In this document: positions 26,830-35,751 of the stretch, piece after piece
Numbering within the stretch: the first letter of the stretch is position 1
Layout: the number at the start of each line of letters is the position of its first letter
IMG/VR virus record: IMGVR_UViG_3300019458_000024
Coordinates: 1-64,000 of that record
DNA: 64,000 nucleotides
Reading direction: 5' to 3' (one strand)
Source of the DNA: a virus
Position numbers and translations under genes: made by a program
The notes under the pieces: model-generated
Databases searched by the model: none
The model's input: the letters and a program-made list of their open reading frames with translations, nothing else
Told to the model about the DNA's origin: nothing

Positions 26830-29042
26830 ATACTTTAGCTACAGAAGAGATTGTTCAAGTCAAGAAATTGGTCCCTAAGTTTTCTTCTAGAAGCTGGGAG
26901 GGTGTTAGGGGAGGTGTTTATTATCTTGTCGAAACTATGGAACAGTACCACGAGTTTTGGCAGGAGTGTAGAAAGCAAAAAATACTAGCAGTAGATACAG
27001 AGACTAGCGGTCTCAATTGGGTGCGTGCTCATGCTTGCGGTATTGTTATTGGTTGGGGTGTTGAATATAATTTTTACCTACCCATTGCGCACACCACAGG
27101 TGAAAAACAGTTAAATCTTGATGACATTAGAGAGTCATTAAAAGAAATTCTAGAAGACCCGACTGTGCAAAAGGTCTTTTGGAATGAAAAATTTGATCGT
27201 CACTTTTTGCGAAAGTGTGGGATTGATGTAAAAGGTGCCATACATGATGGTGTTGTGATTGTTCACCTTTTGGATGAAAACACAGATAAAGCCTTAAAAG
27301 ATTTCAGTAAAGTACGAATACATCCACAAGCTGATAAGTGGGAAAAAGATATAGACAAGTGGAGAAAAGAAGAATCAAAAAAGAGGAAGAAAGCTTATAG
27401 CGATCTTGTAACGGCCTATGTACGAGACCACCGGCCAGAGGTTGAAGCTCAAGCACTTCCGTACGCCTCTTTTACGGGGCTGACTAAGCAGCAAATTCTC
27501 GCTAGATTAAAAAAATACGTACGAGAGAATATATTGAATGGCCATCCTTTGTCCTTTTGTAAAAAGGAGCATGTTTCTTACGATCAGGTACCTTTGGAGA
27601 TAATGACTCCTTACGCCTGTGCGGACGTTCATTACACGCTGCTGCATTACAAGGATTTAATCTCAAAAGTATCACTGCATGATGATTTGAAACACTTGTA
27701 CATTACGGAGATGGAATTGTCCGACACGCTATATCACACAGAGCGAATAGGACAAAAGATTGATGTTCCTTATTTAAGACGCATAGAACCTGATTATGTG
27801 AAAGAAGTTAAAGACTTCGCCGAAGAAATTTTTGCGGATGTAGGTTTCGAGTTTAAAATTGATTCTAATATTCAATTAATTGAAGCACTTACAAAAGTAG
27901 GCGTTAGACTTACTAAGCTCACAAAAGCAGGCAAGAAGCTTCAAAAAGCTGGTGGCAAAGTTGAACTTAAACACTTTAGTGTTGACGATGAAGCTTTAGA
28001 ATATCTAGCTACCACGCATCCGTTCGCGGCGAAAATTCAAACATACAGAAAGAAACAAAAGGTTTTAAATACCTATATACGTAAAATTGCACAAATGGTA
28101 GATGATAACCATTTTCTACACTCCACGTTTAATGCAAATGTTTCTACAGGGCGCATGTCTTCACACGAGCCTAATACACAGAACATTGGAAGTAGAGATC
28201 TTTCCATTCGAAGAGCGTTTACTGTTCCTGAGGTAGTGGGTCGGGAAGGTTTGGATATTGAATCCAGTGAATTTGTTTACTTATTCGCAGATTATAGTCA
28301 GGTTGAATTGAGACTAACTGCCCATCACAGCCAGGACCCTACTTTAATTGCTGCTTACCCATGGGTTGGAAAAGAACTGGATGTTCATTCTATCACTTGT
28401 GCAGAAGTTGTGATGAATCGTCCCTTGGATGAAGTTTTACTGATAAATGGAGATGAAGATCACCCGGAATATTATGATGTGTCTTGGTATAGAAATATTG
28501 CGAAAAGAGTGAATTTTGGTATTATCTACGGGGCTGGCCCTGATGCTATTCAGCGACAGGTATCGACACCTGCCCGTCAAGTTTCACGAGAAGACTGCAG
28601 TGACTATATAGACAAGTATTTTGTTAAGTACGGTGGTGTTGAGTCTTGGATTGGAAACGTACAACGCGCATTGAAAAAATACGGGTACTTACAAAATACT
28701 TTTGGACGTTATAGGCGTCTTCCTGATAGTCAGGTAAGGGAGAAGTGGAAGCGTGAGCGAGCAGGGCGGCAAGGAGTTAACTTTTTAATTCAGGGTGATG
28801 CTGCTGATTTGTTTAAACAAGCCATTGTACGTATAAGAAATTTGTTGCGAAAAGAAAATGCAAAGACTAGGATTGTTAACTTCGTACACGATGACATTCA
28901 GTTTTATTTGCATAAAGATGAATTTCATTTATTAGAGCCGATTAAACAGACTATGGAAGACTTTCCACAATTTTCAGTTCCTATTCGGGTTTCAATGTCA
29001 GTTAGCAAAAGGGATTGGGCTTCTAAAAAAGCTCTTAAGTAG
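26826..29042 (+). CDS. polA: Family A DNA polymerase with 3'-5' exonuclease
   Basis: DTETSG, WNEKFD, YACAD; TGRMSS, ADYSQVELR, AKRVNFGIIYG, FVHDDI. Confidence 0.92.
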   Translation: MNTLATEEIVQVKKLVPKFSSRSWEGVRGGVYYLVETMEQYHEFWQECRKQKILAVDTETSGLNWVRAHACGIVIGWGVEYNFYLPIAHTTGEKQLNLDDIRESLKEILEDPTVQKVFWNEKFDRHFLRKCGIDVKGAIHDGVVIVHLLDENTDKALKDFSKVRIHPQADKWEKDIDKWRKEESKKRKKAYSDLVTAYVRDHRPEVEAQALPYASFTGLTKQQILARLKKYVRENILNGHPLSFCKKEHVSYDQVPLEIMTPYACADVHYTLLHYKDLISKVSLHDDLKHLYITEMELSDTLYHTERIGQKIDVPYLRRIEPDYVKEVKDFAEEIFADVGFEFKIDSNIQLIEALTKVGVRLTKLTKAGKKLQKAGGKVELKHFSVDDEALEYLATTHPFAAKIQTYRKKQKVLNTYIRKIAQMVDDNHFLHSTFNANVSTGRMSSHEPNTQNIGSRDLSIRRAFTVPEVVGREGLDIESSEFVYLFADYSQVELRLTAHHSQDPTLIAAYPWVGKELDVHSITCAEVVMNRPLDEVLLINGDEDHPEYYDVSWYRNIAKRVNFGIIYGAGPDAIQRQVSTPARQVSREDCSDYIDKYFVKYGGVESWIGNVQRALKKYGYLQNTFGRYRRLPDSQVREKWKRERAGRQGVNFLIQGDAADLFKQAIVRIRNLLRKENAKTRIVNFVHDDIQFYLHKDEFHLLEPIKQTMEDFPQFSVPIRVSMSVSKRDWASKKALK

Positions 29043-29055
29043 AAAGGGGAAATTT

Positions 29056-29550
29056 ATGAATTTGCCAGAGATTGAATACAATAACTACAATACTAGAGAA
29101 TTTGAAAAAGACGTATCGATTGACCGTACTAATTTAGATGAAGAGTTTGCCACTCATGCTGAAAAGTTTGCTTACTACGCATTCTGCGCAGCGGAGGCAA
29201 GGTATCTTTCTGATTTGAAAAAATCCGAATTTAAACACACAGAGTCTGTTGTTTATATGGAATTCAGGACCAATGCGATGTTGAGTTCTCTTAAGGTTAC
29301 TGAAGCTATTTGTGAACATGAAGTTAGAAAAGATTCACGTTATAAGACTGCTCTTGAAGAGTCACAAAAAGCCGAACTCAAGGCTCAGCAGCTAGAGGGT
29401 GCGGTTAAAGCCATGTCACAGAAAAAAGATATGTTGATGCAGATGGGAGCTTCAGCTAGAGTAGCTGCGGTGCCTCCAAGGATATTGGCTGCACAAGAAG
29501 AACAGGTTAGAGATATTATTACTAGGAACAGAAATCAACAAGGAGAATGA
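29056..29550 (+). CDS. UvsY-like recombination mediator
   Basis: IDRTNLDEEF..HAEKFAYY helical protein directly upstream of the SSB and RecA genes. Confidence 0.5.
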   Translation: MNLPEIEYNNYNTREFEKDVSIDRTNLDEEFATHAEKFAYYAFCAAEARYLSDLKKSEFKHTESVVYMEFRTNAMLSSLKVTEAICEHEVRKDSRYKTALEESQKAELKAQQLEGAVKAMSQKKDMLMQMGASARVAAVPPRILAAQEEQVRDIITRNRNQQGE

Positions 29551-30422
29551 AAATGGGTGTAGACCTTAATAAAGTAGATCAGCAAAGACTGGAACTAGAA
29601 CAAAAGGAAGCAGCCCGTGCCGTCGGGCCAGTTAGGTGGTGGACACCTGAACAAGGTCAAAATAATATTAGATTGCTTCCTCCTTGGACAAAGGAAGGCA
29701 GGAATGCTAATTCTTTTGCGCGAGAAATTTACACGCATTGGAATATTGGTGATGGAGACGATACCACTGCCTTTACGTGTCCACTAAAGACTCCAGATCT
29801 TGGAGAGGCTTGCCCTATTTGTGAAGAAGTTGACCGTTTGCGGGCTACTGGCGATCCTGTAGACGCAGAGAAGGCTAGCGATCTCAGAGCTAAGCAAGGC
29901 TTCGTGTCTAATATCATTGATCTTGATGACCCAATTTTTACTAAGAAGGATTACGATACGGTTGTAGCTTCAGGTAAGGATCCAACTTTTTCTGTTGGTG
30001 ATACTAAGGTTCAGGTATTCCGCTACGGACCTATGATTTATAAGGCTCTATTAGACAATTTCAGTCTGCTCAAAATGGATCTTACTGATCCAACGTCGGG
30101 GCGAGACTTGATTGTTAACAAAACTGGTAAGGGCAAGACTGGCACGAAGTATAGTGTTCTTGTGCAGCCTGCTGCCTCTCCTGTTGTGGTTCAAGGACAG
30201 GAGTCTCTTGATAAGAGGATGTATAATCTCGACTCTATTAACAAGCCGAGGTCGTCTGCTGAGATGTTCCAAGCATTGAACGGTGGTCCATTGCCAATGG
30301 CTTCTCTTCCTCCTATGGCCAAACCTCCAGTGCCTCAAATTACTGCTAACCCTGTGCCGACTGTTAACGCGGGTATAAGCGATCTACAACAAAAAATGAT
30401 GGATGCTCTTAAAAATGGCTAA
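29547..30422 (+). CDS. Single-stranded DNA-binding protein (T4 gp32-like)
   Basis: GQNNIRLLPP, H...TCP...CPICE Zn site, DPTSGRDL..KTGKG..TKY. Confidence 0.7.
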   Translation: MKMGVDLNKVDQQRLELEQKEAARAVGPVRWWTPEQGQNNIRLLPPWTKEGRNANSFAREIYTHWNIGDGDDTTAFTCPLKTPDLGEACPICEEVDRLRATGDPVDAEKASDLRAKQGFVSNIIDLDDPIFTKKDYDTVVASGKDPTFSVGDTKVQVFRYGPMIYKALLDNFSLLKMDLTDPTSGRDLIVNKTGKGKTGTKYSVLVQPAASPVVVQGQESLDKRMYNLDSINKPRSSAEMFQALNGGPLPMASLPPMAKPPVPQITANPVPTVNAGISDLQQKMMDALKNG

Positions 30423-31509
30423 AATCAAACAAAATCCAGATGACTCTAATATTGAAGATGTTCTTGAGAACCTTCAAAGTGACCTGAATAAATACTTTGG
30501 AGCAGGCTCAGCTACAAGATTAAATGATCCTGGAGTTTTATCTAAAGTAGATTATTGGGTATCTACCCGAAGTATGGTTGTTGATTCCATACTTCGTGGT
30601 GGGCGCCCTCCTGGTGCCTCTTTGTTGCCTTTTGGCCGGCAAGTAGAAGTTAGTGGAAAATCCGGCAGCGGCAAAACTACCCTGTGCGCACAAATATCTG
30701 CTGAAGTACAAGCCAATGGCGGTCTGGTAGTTATTACTGACACAGAGGAGAGAGTAGATGATATTTATTGGACTTCTCTTGGTGTAGACGTTTCTAAGGT
30801 TATTAGAATTCAAGCAACTGATGTTAGTGAAGTCTTTAATAAGCAATATAGAGCACTGCAGTTTGCCAGGGAACACGCCGCAGATCGTCCTTTACTACTA
30901 ATTTGGGATTCTTTAGGAGGCACTGCTGGCGCTGAAATGTTAGAAATGGGATCAGATGAATCCCCTATGGAGCAGGCTTCCAAATTCGGTATGCGTCAAG
31001 CTAAGGTTATCTCTGATGGAATGACTTTAATCAATACTATCGTAGGTCAGACCAGAGCTTGCTATTTGTATACTAACCATGTATATACTGATTTTAATGT
31101 GAAATACGGATCTCCAATCAAAACTCGTGGTGGAGACAAACCAATTTTTATGGCCACTGTCCGTTTGCAACTATCCTCTGCAGGCCAAATTAAGGAACTA
31201 GACTCCGCATCTGGAAATGAGACGGTAGTTGGTCAAAAGATTAGGGTAAAGGCATTAAAAAACTCCATGGCAGGACGATTGATGGAGCGCGAAGCTGTAA
31301 TTATGGCAGGCCGTGGATTTGTAAATTCATATTCCTGTTTTGATATGGGTACTAATCTCGGAATAATTATAAAGTCGGGGTCATGGTATACATGGACGAC
31401 GCCAACAGGTGAACAGATTAAGTTTCAGGGCTTCAGTGGTTTTGAGGACAAAGTGGTTACTCATCCTGAGTACGATTCTCTGTACGCTGCTGTTGAGGCG
31501 GAATTGTAA
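30415..31509 (+). CDS. recA: RecA/UvsX recombinase
   Basis: GKSGSGKTT, DTEE, IWDSL, YTNH, RGG, LKN, KSGSWY. Confidence 0.88.
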   Translation: MAKIKQNPDDSNIEDVLENLQSDLNKYFGAGSATRLNDPGVLSKVDYWVSTRSMVVDSILRGGRPPGASLLPFGRQVEVSGKSGSGKTTLCAQISAEVQANGGLVVITDTEERVDDIYWTSLGVDVSKVIRIQATDVSEVFNKQYRALQFAREHAADRPLLLIWDSLGGTAGAEMLEMGSDESPMEQASKFGMRQAKVISDGMTLINTIVGQTRACYLYTNHVYTDFNVKYGSPIKTRGGDKPIFMATVRLQLSSAGQIKELDSASGNETVVGQKIRVKALKNSMAGRLMEREAVIMAGRGFVNSYSCFDMGTNLGIIIKSGSWYTWTTPTGEQIKFQGFSGFEDKVVTHPEYDSLYAAVEAEL

Positions 31510-32010
31510 ATGCGCGCGTTACAATTGACAGATAAGCAGTTCGGTCGATGGTTGGTCGTAGCACGCGGTGATAATTCGTTACAAGGCAAAACACAGTGGT
31601 TATGCCAATGTGTTTGTGGAGAGTTTTCACTTGTATTGGGAACAAGCTTGACTAGAGGGTTTTCTCAATCTTGTGGTTGTTTGTCAATTGAAAAGACTTC
31701 GAAAAGAAATGCTACTCATGGTGCTACTAAATCAAATAAAGACAAAAGTATTTATAATATTTGGTGTACTATGAAAGCTCGTTGTAGTAATCCCAATAGT
31801 CATAAATATAAATCCTATGGAGGTCGAGGCATAAGGGTCTGTGACCGTTGGCGAGATTCTTTTGAGAATTTTTTAAACGATATGGGTGAACGTCCTGGTA
31901 AAGGATATTCAATAGATCGTATTGACAATGATGGAAATTATGAACCCGGAAACTGCCATTGGGCCACCGCAAAAGAGCAAAGATTGAATCAAAGAAAAGT
32001 TGGAGTGTGA
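31510..32010 (+). mobile_element. Free-standing HNH-type homing endonuclease
   Basis: FGRW..WLCQCVCG..SCGC..MKARC..YGGRGI..SIDRIDNDGNYEPGNCHWAT; paralog of the 34737 N-terminus. Confidence 0.8.
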
Positions 32011-32012
32011 CT

Positions 32013-32516
32013 ATGAATGAACTTGTTAATAATCTGTTAACTAAGTTTAATGTAATTCCTCATCAGAATCCCGATAAGTTTTTACATGAATTTGCTAAAG
32101 ATCAATTAGCTATTGGTAATGGAAGAACTATCATAGTAGATGGGAGCGAATACCTCACCAGAATTTATCTCAGACAAGGTCAACCTGATTTTGGTATGTT
32201 TTTACATTATTTTCATAAAGGTGATCAAGTTCGGGATTTGCATAGCCATCCGTGGGAATATGCATATAGTATAGTACTCACCAGTGGGTATGATGAGGAG
32301 AGATGTGAAGGTCCAACTGGAAAGATTGTACATGTTTCCCATAAACCAGGAGATGTTAATGTATTAACTAAAGATACATACCACAGAGTTGACTTACTAA
32401 ATGGCGGTGCTTGGACTTTATTTATAAGGGGACCGCGAATCCAAGGATGGGGATTTCTTAATAGAGAGACTAGAGAATATACATCCATGGATGCGGATGA
32501 TTCTACAAATGACTGA
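32013..32516 (+). CDS. Cupin-fold protein
   Basis: LHYFHKGD..DLHSHPW...GYDEE...YHRVDL...AWTLF. Confidence 0.6.
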   Translation: MNELVNNLLTKFNVIPHQNPDKFLHEFAKDQLAIGNGRTIIVDGSEYLTRIYLRQGQPDFGMFLHYFHKGDQVRDLHSHPWEYAYSIVLTSGYDEERCEGPTGKIVHVSHKPGDVNVLTKDTYHRVDLLNGGAWTLFIRGPRIQGWGFLNRETREYTSMDADDSTND

Positions 32517-32808
32517 TGATGACACTTTTTCTGATGATAACAGCTGGATAGTTAAGCCTACTTCTTTTCGCAAACTTGCAGAAGAGGAGATGGCGAGGCG
32601 ATCAGCTCTTTTAACCGCATATTCATTTAGTGATGAATCTGTTCAAATCATTTGTGAGGACGGCTCTGTTTTCTTCATAAGAAATTCATTTTTTGAAGAA
32701 TGGGGAGAAGCTGACAGAATTGGTGAATGGCTTTTTGTATATTGTGAGCATTATCCTGATATGTGTTTTGATACTGATGACCTTATTTACTGGGGGTCGT
32801 CAAAATGA
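32509..32808 (+). CDS. Hypothetical acidic protein
   Basis: Tightly packed ORF. Confidence 0.45.
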   Translation: MTDDDTFSDDNSWIVKPTSFRKLAEEEMARRSALLTAYSFSDESVQIICEDGSVFFIRNSFFEEWGEADRIGEWLFVYCEHYPDMCFDTDDLIYWGSSK

Positions 32809-33122
32809 ACGCGTGCGGGGTATTGTGTCATTTGTGTAATAGTGCAGTGTCGTGGGTGCCGTCTTGTCATACTTATAAAAGATTTGATACGTGGATGTCT
32901 TGTGTATTGTGTGACAGTGCTGTTTTATGGTCTTGTGAATCATGTGATTGGAGCTATACAGAGGGATTGAATAAAAATAATCCCAGATCCGAGGATAATG
33001 AGAAAAAAAGACCGCCTTGGATTGATGATGAAGGATCACACATATACAAAGTCTTAGTGGCAGATCCCGTGGTCAACTTAACAACCAGGACCAGAAAAGC
33101 TGGAGTCGCTAGAAGGAAATAA
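32805..33122 (+). CDS. Cys-rich putative zinc-binding protein
   Basis: CHLC, CVLC and CESC motifs with a short internal repeat. Confidence 0.45.
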   Translation: MNACGVLCHLCNSAVSWVPSCHTYKRFDTWMSCVLCDSAVLWSCESCDWSYTEGLNKNNPRSEDNEKKRPPWIDDEGSHIYKVLVADPVVNLTTRTRKAGVARRK

Positions 33123-33124
33123 AA

Positions 33125-33646
33125 ATGAGATCAGAGCAAGACAAGGCTTTAGTATTGAAATATCCACTTACTTTTGCGCACAGATACAGGTCTATGCAAG
33201 AAACGTGCATGTGTTGGGGTCTTGAGGTTGGTGATGGTTGGGTTAAAATAATTGATGACGCAGCATCTAAGATAGAGCCTATTTTGGAGAAGTTGCGAGA
33301 AACAGCCACCGTATGTGATTGTTATCACGAAAACTCATCTCACGACGAAAACGGAAAATGTAAAGAAGTATCAACGTGGAGGGGTGAGACTACTCACTGT
33401 AGATGTGAAAAATTTGTTCCTTATCTTCCTACGTCTTCCCAACTCAAAGAGAAATACGGAACTTTACGATGGTATTGGACATCCTATACAAAAGAAATTG
33501 ATGATATAGTTGACCAAGCAGAAGAACTATCTGCTAAAACCTGTGAAGAATGCGGTGAACCTGGAAAAATTCGAGACGAAAGTTATTGGGTCACCGTCAG
33601 GTGTGATAAGTGCTACGCAGAAGATTGTAAAAGGTGGGAAGGTTGA
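33125..33646 (+). CDS. Phage hypothetical protein with zinc-binding motifs
   Basis: VGDGW, QLKEKYGTLRWY, TCEECGEPG, VRCDKC. Confidence 0.55.
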   Translation: MRSEQDKALVLKYPLTFAHRYRSMQETCMCWGLEVGDGWVKIIDDAASKIEPILEKLRETATVCDCYHENSSHDENGKCKEVSTWRGETTHCRCEKFVPYLPTSSQLKEKYGTLRWYWTSYTKEIDDIVDQAEELSAKTCEECGEPGKIRDESYWVTVRCDKCYAEDCKRWEG

Positions 33647-34740
33647 GAATAGTTCTCTTCAGTGACTTGCATTGTCATCCATTTCAGCCTTACGCGACTA
33701 TATTAGCTAATGGTATGAATTCAAGGTTGGCTGATGCTATTAGTTGCATAGACCAGATAGTGGCGTACTGTGCTGATCCAAATAATCACGTAGATTTGGT
33801 TTTATTCGGCGGTGATTTGTTCCATGTTCGCAAGAACATTTCTGTAGCTGCGTTCAATGAAGTGTACGCTGCTCTGTCACAATTTGCTGCGAACGACATT
33901 CCACTGGTTTTGATACACGGTAATCATGATCAAGCCAGTAAGGACGGCAGTGTTAATAGTATAAAGACGTTTCACAGTATGGCTCACGTTATTGAACGTC
34001 CAGGATGGTTGGAATTACGAGGTCGGTGGGGAGACCCATATTCCATTCTCGGCGTTCCATACACGGAAAACATTGAACACCTAAAAGATATTGTAAACAT
34101 TCCTAACCCAGAGCCACTAGCTCCTAGCATATTGCTAGCTCATTTAGGTGTGCAAGGCGCTAAGGTAGGGGCTGATTTTGTGTATGCCACTCCGTACGAC
34201 GCCAAAGTAGAAGACCTGAACTGTGGAGCGTTTGACCGTGTTTATCTTGGTCATTATCACATGCACCAACAACTGGCGTCGAATGCTTGGTACATCGGAG
34301 CGCCACTGCAACACAACTGGGGTGACAAACATCAGTGGAGAGGTTTTTTGGTATATAATACTGACACCAAGAGTCATGAGAAAGTTGATTTGAAGTCACC
34401 AAAGTTTGTTGAAATTGATAATACCTCATTAAATATGGATACCTCACTGTATAGTGATGATTTCGTAAAAATTGTAGATTCTTCTACCGACAGTTGGTCA
34501 AAAACACGTATTGAGGAAGAAAGGATTAGGTTAGGCGCTAGATCACTAGAAATAGTGGTGAGGGAGAAAAACAGTGCACCTTTTGTCCCTAGATTAGATA
34601 TTTCAACTAACACATCCTTTAAAGACGCCATGGAAAAATATGTTAGGTCTGGTTTGTCTTCCGTTGAAGGGTTGGACGAGTCATATTTGTTGCAAATTGG
34701 AAATGAGATCTTGGAAGAAGTAGAAAATGGAGAAAAATGA
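33634..34740 (+). CDS. SbcD/Mre11-like nuclease (gp47-like)
   Basis: SDLH, GGDLFH, GNHD, LAH, LGHYH. Confidence 0.85.
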   Translation: MGRLRIVLFSDLHCHPFQPYATILANGMNSRLADAISCIDQIVAYCADPNNHVDLVLFGGDLFHVRKNISVAAFNEVYAALSQFAANDIPLVLIHGNHDQASKDGSVNSIKTFHSMAHVIERPGWLELRGRWGDPYSILGVPYTENIEHLKDIVNIPNPEPLAPSILLAHLGVQGAKVGADFVYATPYDAKVEDLNCGAFDRVYLGHYHMHQQLASNAWYIGAPLQHNWGDKHQWRGFLVYNTDTKSHEKVDLKSPKFVEIDNTSLNMDTSLYSDDFVKIVDSSTDSWSKTRIEEERIRLGARSLEIVVREKNSAPFVPRLDISTNTSFKDAMEKYVRSGLSSVEGLDESYLLQIGNEILEEVENGEK

Positions 34741-35726
34741 TGGGCATCCGATTAAATTTGGAGAATCAAAAATTTGGATATCTTACTGTACTGCGTGATG
34801 CAGGGAGAGCTTCTTCTGGCGCCGTCAAGTGGATGTGTCAATGTGATTGTGGCAAGAAAAAAGTCGTCGCCTCTGATTCTTTGAGAAGCGGAAGAGTATA
34901 CCATTGTGGCTGTCAGGGCCGACGTGCTTTGCATGATTTAGAGTTAATTGGAAAACAGTTTGGAAGACTGACGGTACGTTCGAAACAGGGTTACGAAAAG
35001 AAAAGCCAAGCGCTCTGGAACTGTGTTTGTAGTTGTGGTAAAGAGGTAGTCGTGCGTGGAGGAAATCTAGTTTCCAGTAACACGCGTAGTTGTGGTTGTG
35101 CTATAGCATTCAAACACGGAATGAGTCGTACGTCTGAGTATATGATCTGGTCTGGTATCAAAGCTCGCTGCTTTAATAAAAATAATTCGGCATATTCCTA
35201 TTATGGCGGTCGTGGAATTACGATGCACGATCCTTGGATAAATGATTTCATGAAATTTTTTGAATATGTTGGAAAACGTCCTGGGCCTGAGTATTCTATA
35301 GATAGAATTAACTCAGACGGTAATTATGCACCAGGAAATGTTAGATGGGTGACAGACGGTGAGCAAATGATTAATAGAAAAGCCAGGGGAACGACATTTA
35401 ATTACTATCAAAATAATACGAAAAAGACGGCTATTTATCCAAAAGAAGACCCGTTCGTTGCTATAGTTTATTGTGCGCTAGGTTTGTCCTCGGAAGCAGG
35501 TGAGATCGCGAGCAAGATAAAAAAATGCATGAGGGATAATGAGGGGATAATAGATCGAGAAGTCAAAAATTCGTTGATTGGTGAGATTGGTGATTGTTTT
35601 TGGTATTTAAGTGAATTGTCATCCAACTTGGGAGTGTCCTTAGACTACGCCGCTAAGAAAAATTTGAGCAAGTTGATGGGAAGAAAAGAGCGCGGTACAT
35701 TGAAAGGTAGCGGCGATAATCGTTAG
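34737..35726 (+). CDS. HNH homing endonuclease fused to a MazG-like NTP pyrophosphohydrolase
   Basis: Two FGxLTV/CxCG repeats plus YGGRGI..SIDRINSDGNY; then TFNYYQ..TAIYP..LGLSSEAGE..EIGDCFWY..GSGDNR. Confidence 0.8.
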   Translation: MMGIRLNLENQKFGYLTVLRDAGRASSGAVKWMCQCDCGKKKVVASDSLRSGRVYHCGCQGRRALHDLELIGKQFGRLTVRSKQGYEKKSQALWNCVCSCGKEVVVRGGNLVSSNTRSCGCAIAFKHGMSRTSEYMIWSGIKARCFNKNNSAYSYYGGRGITMHDPWINDFMKFFEYVGKRPGPEYSIDRINSDGNYAPGNVRWVTDGEQMINRKARGTTFNYYQNNTKKTAIYPKEDPFVAIVYCALGLSSEAGEIASKIKKCMRDNEGIIDREVKNSLIGEIGDCFWYLSELSSNLGVSLDYAAKKNLSKLMGRKERGTLKGSGDNR

Positions 35727-35751
35727 TTAGTCAATTTAAGGGGGTGGTACA

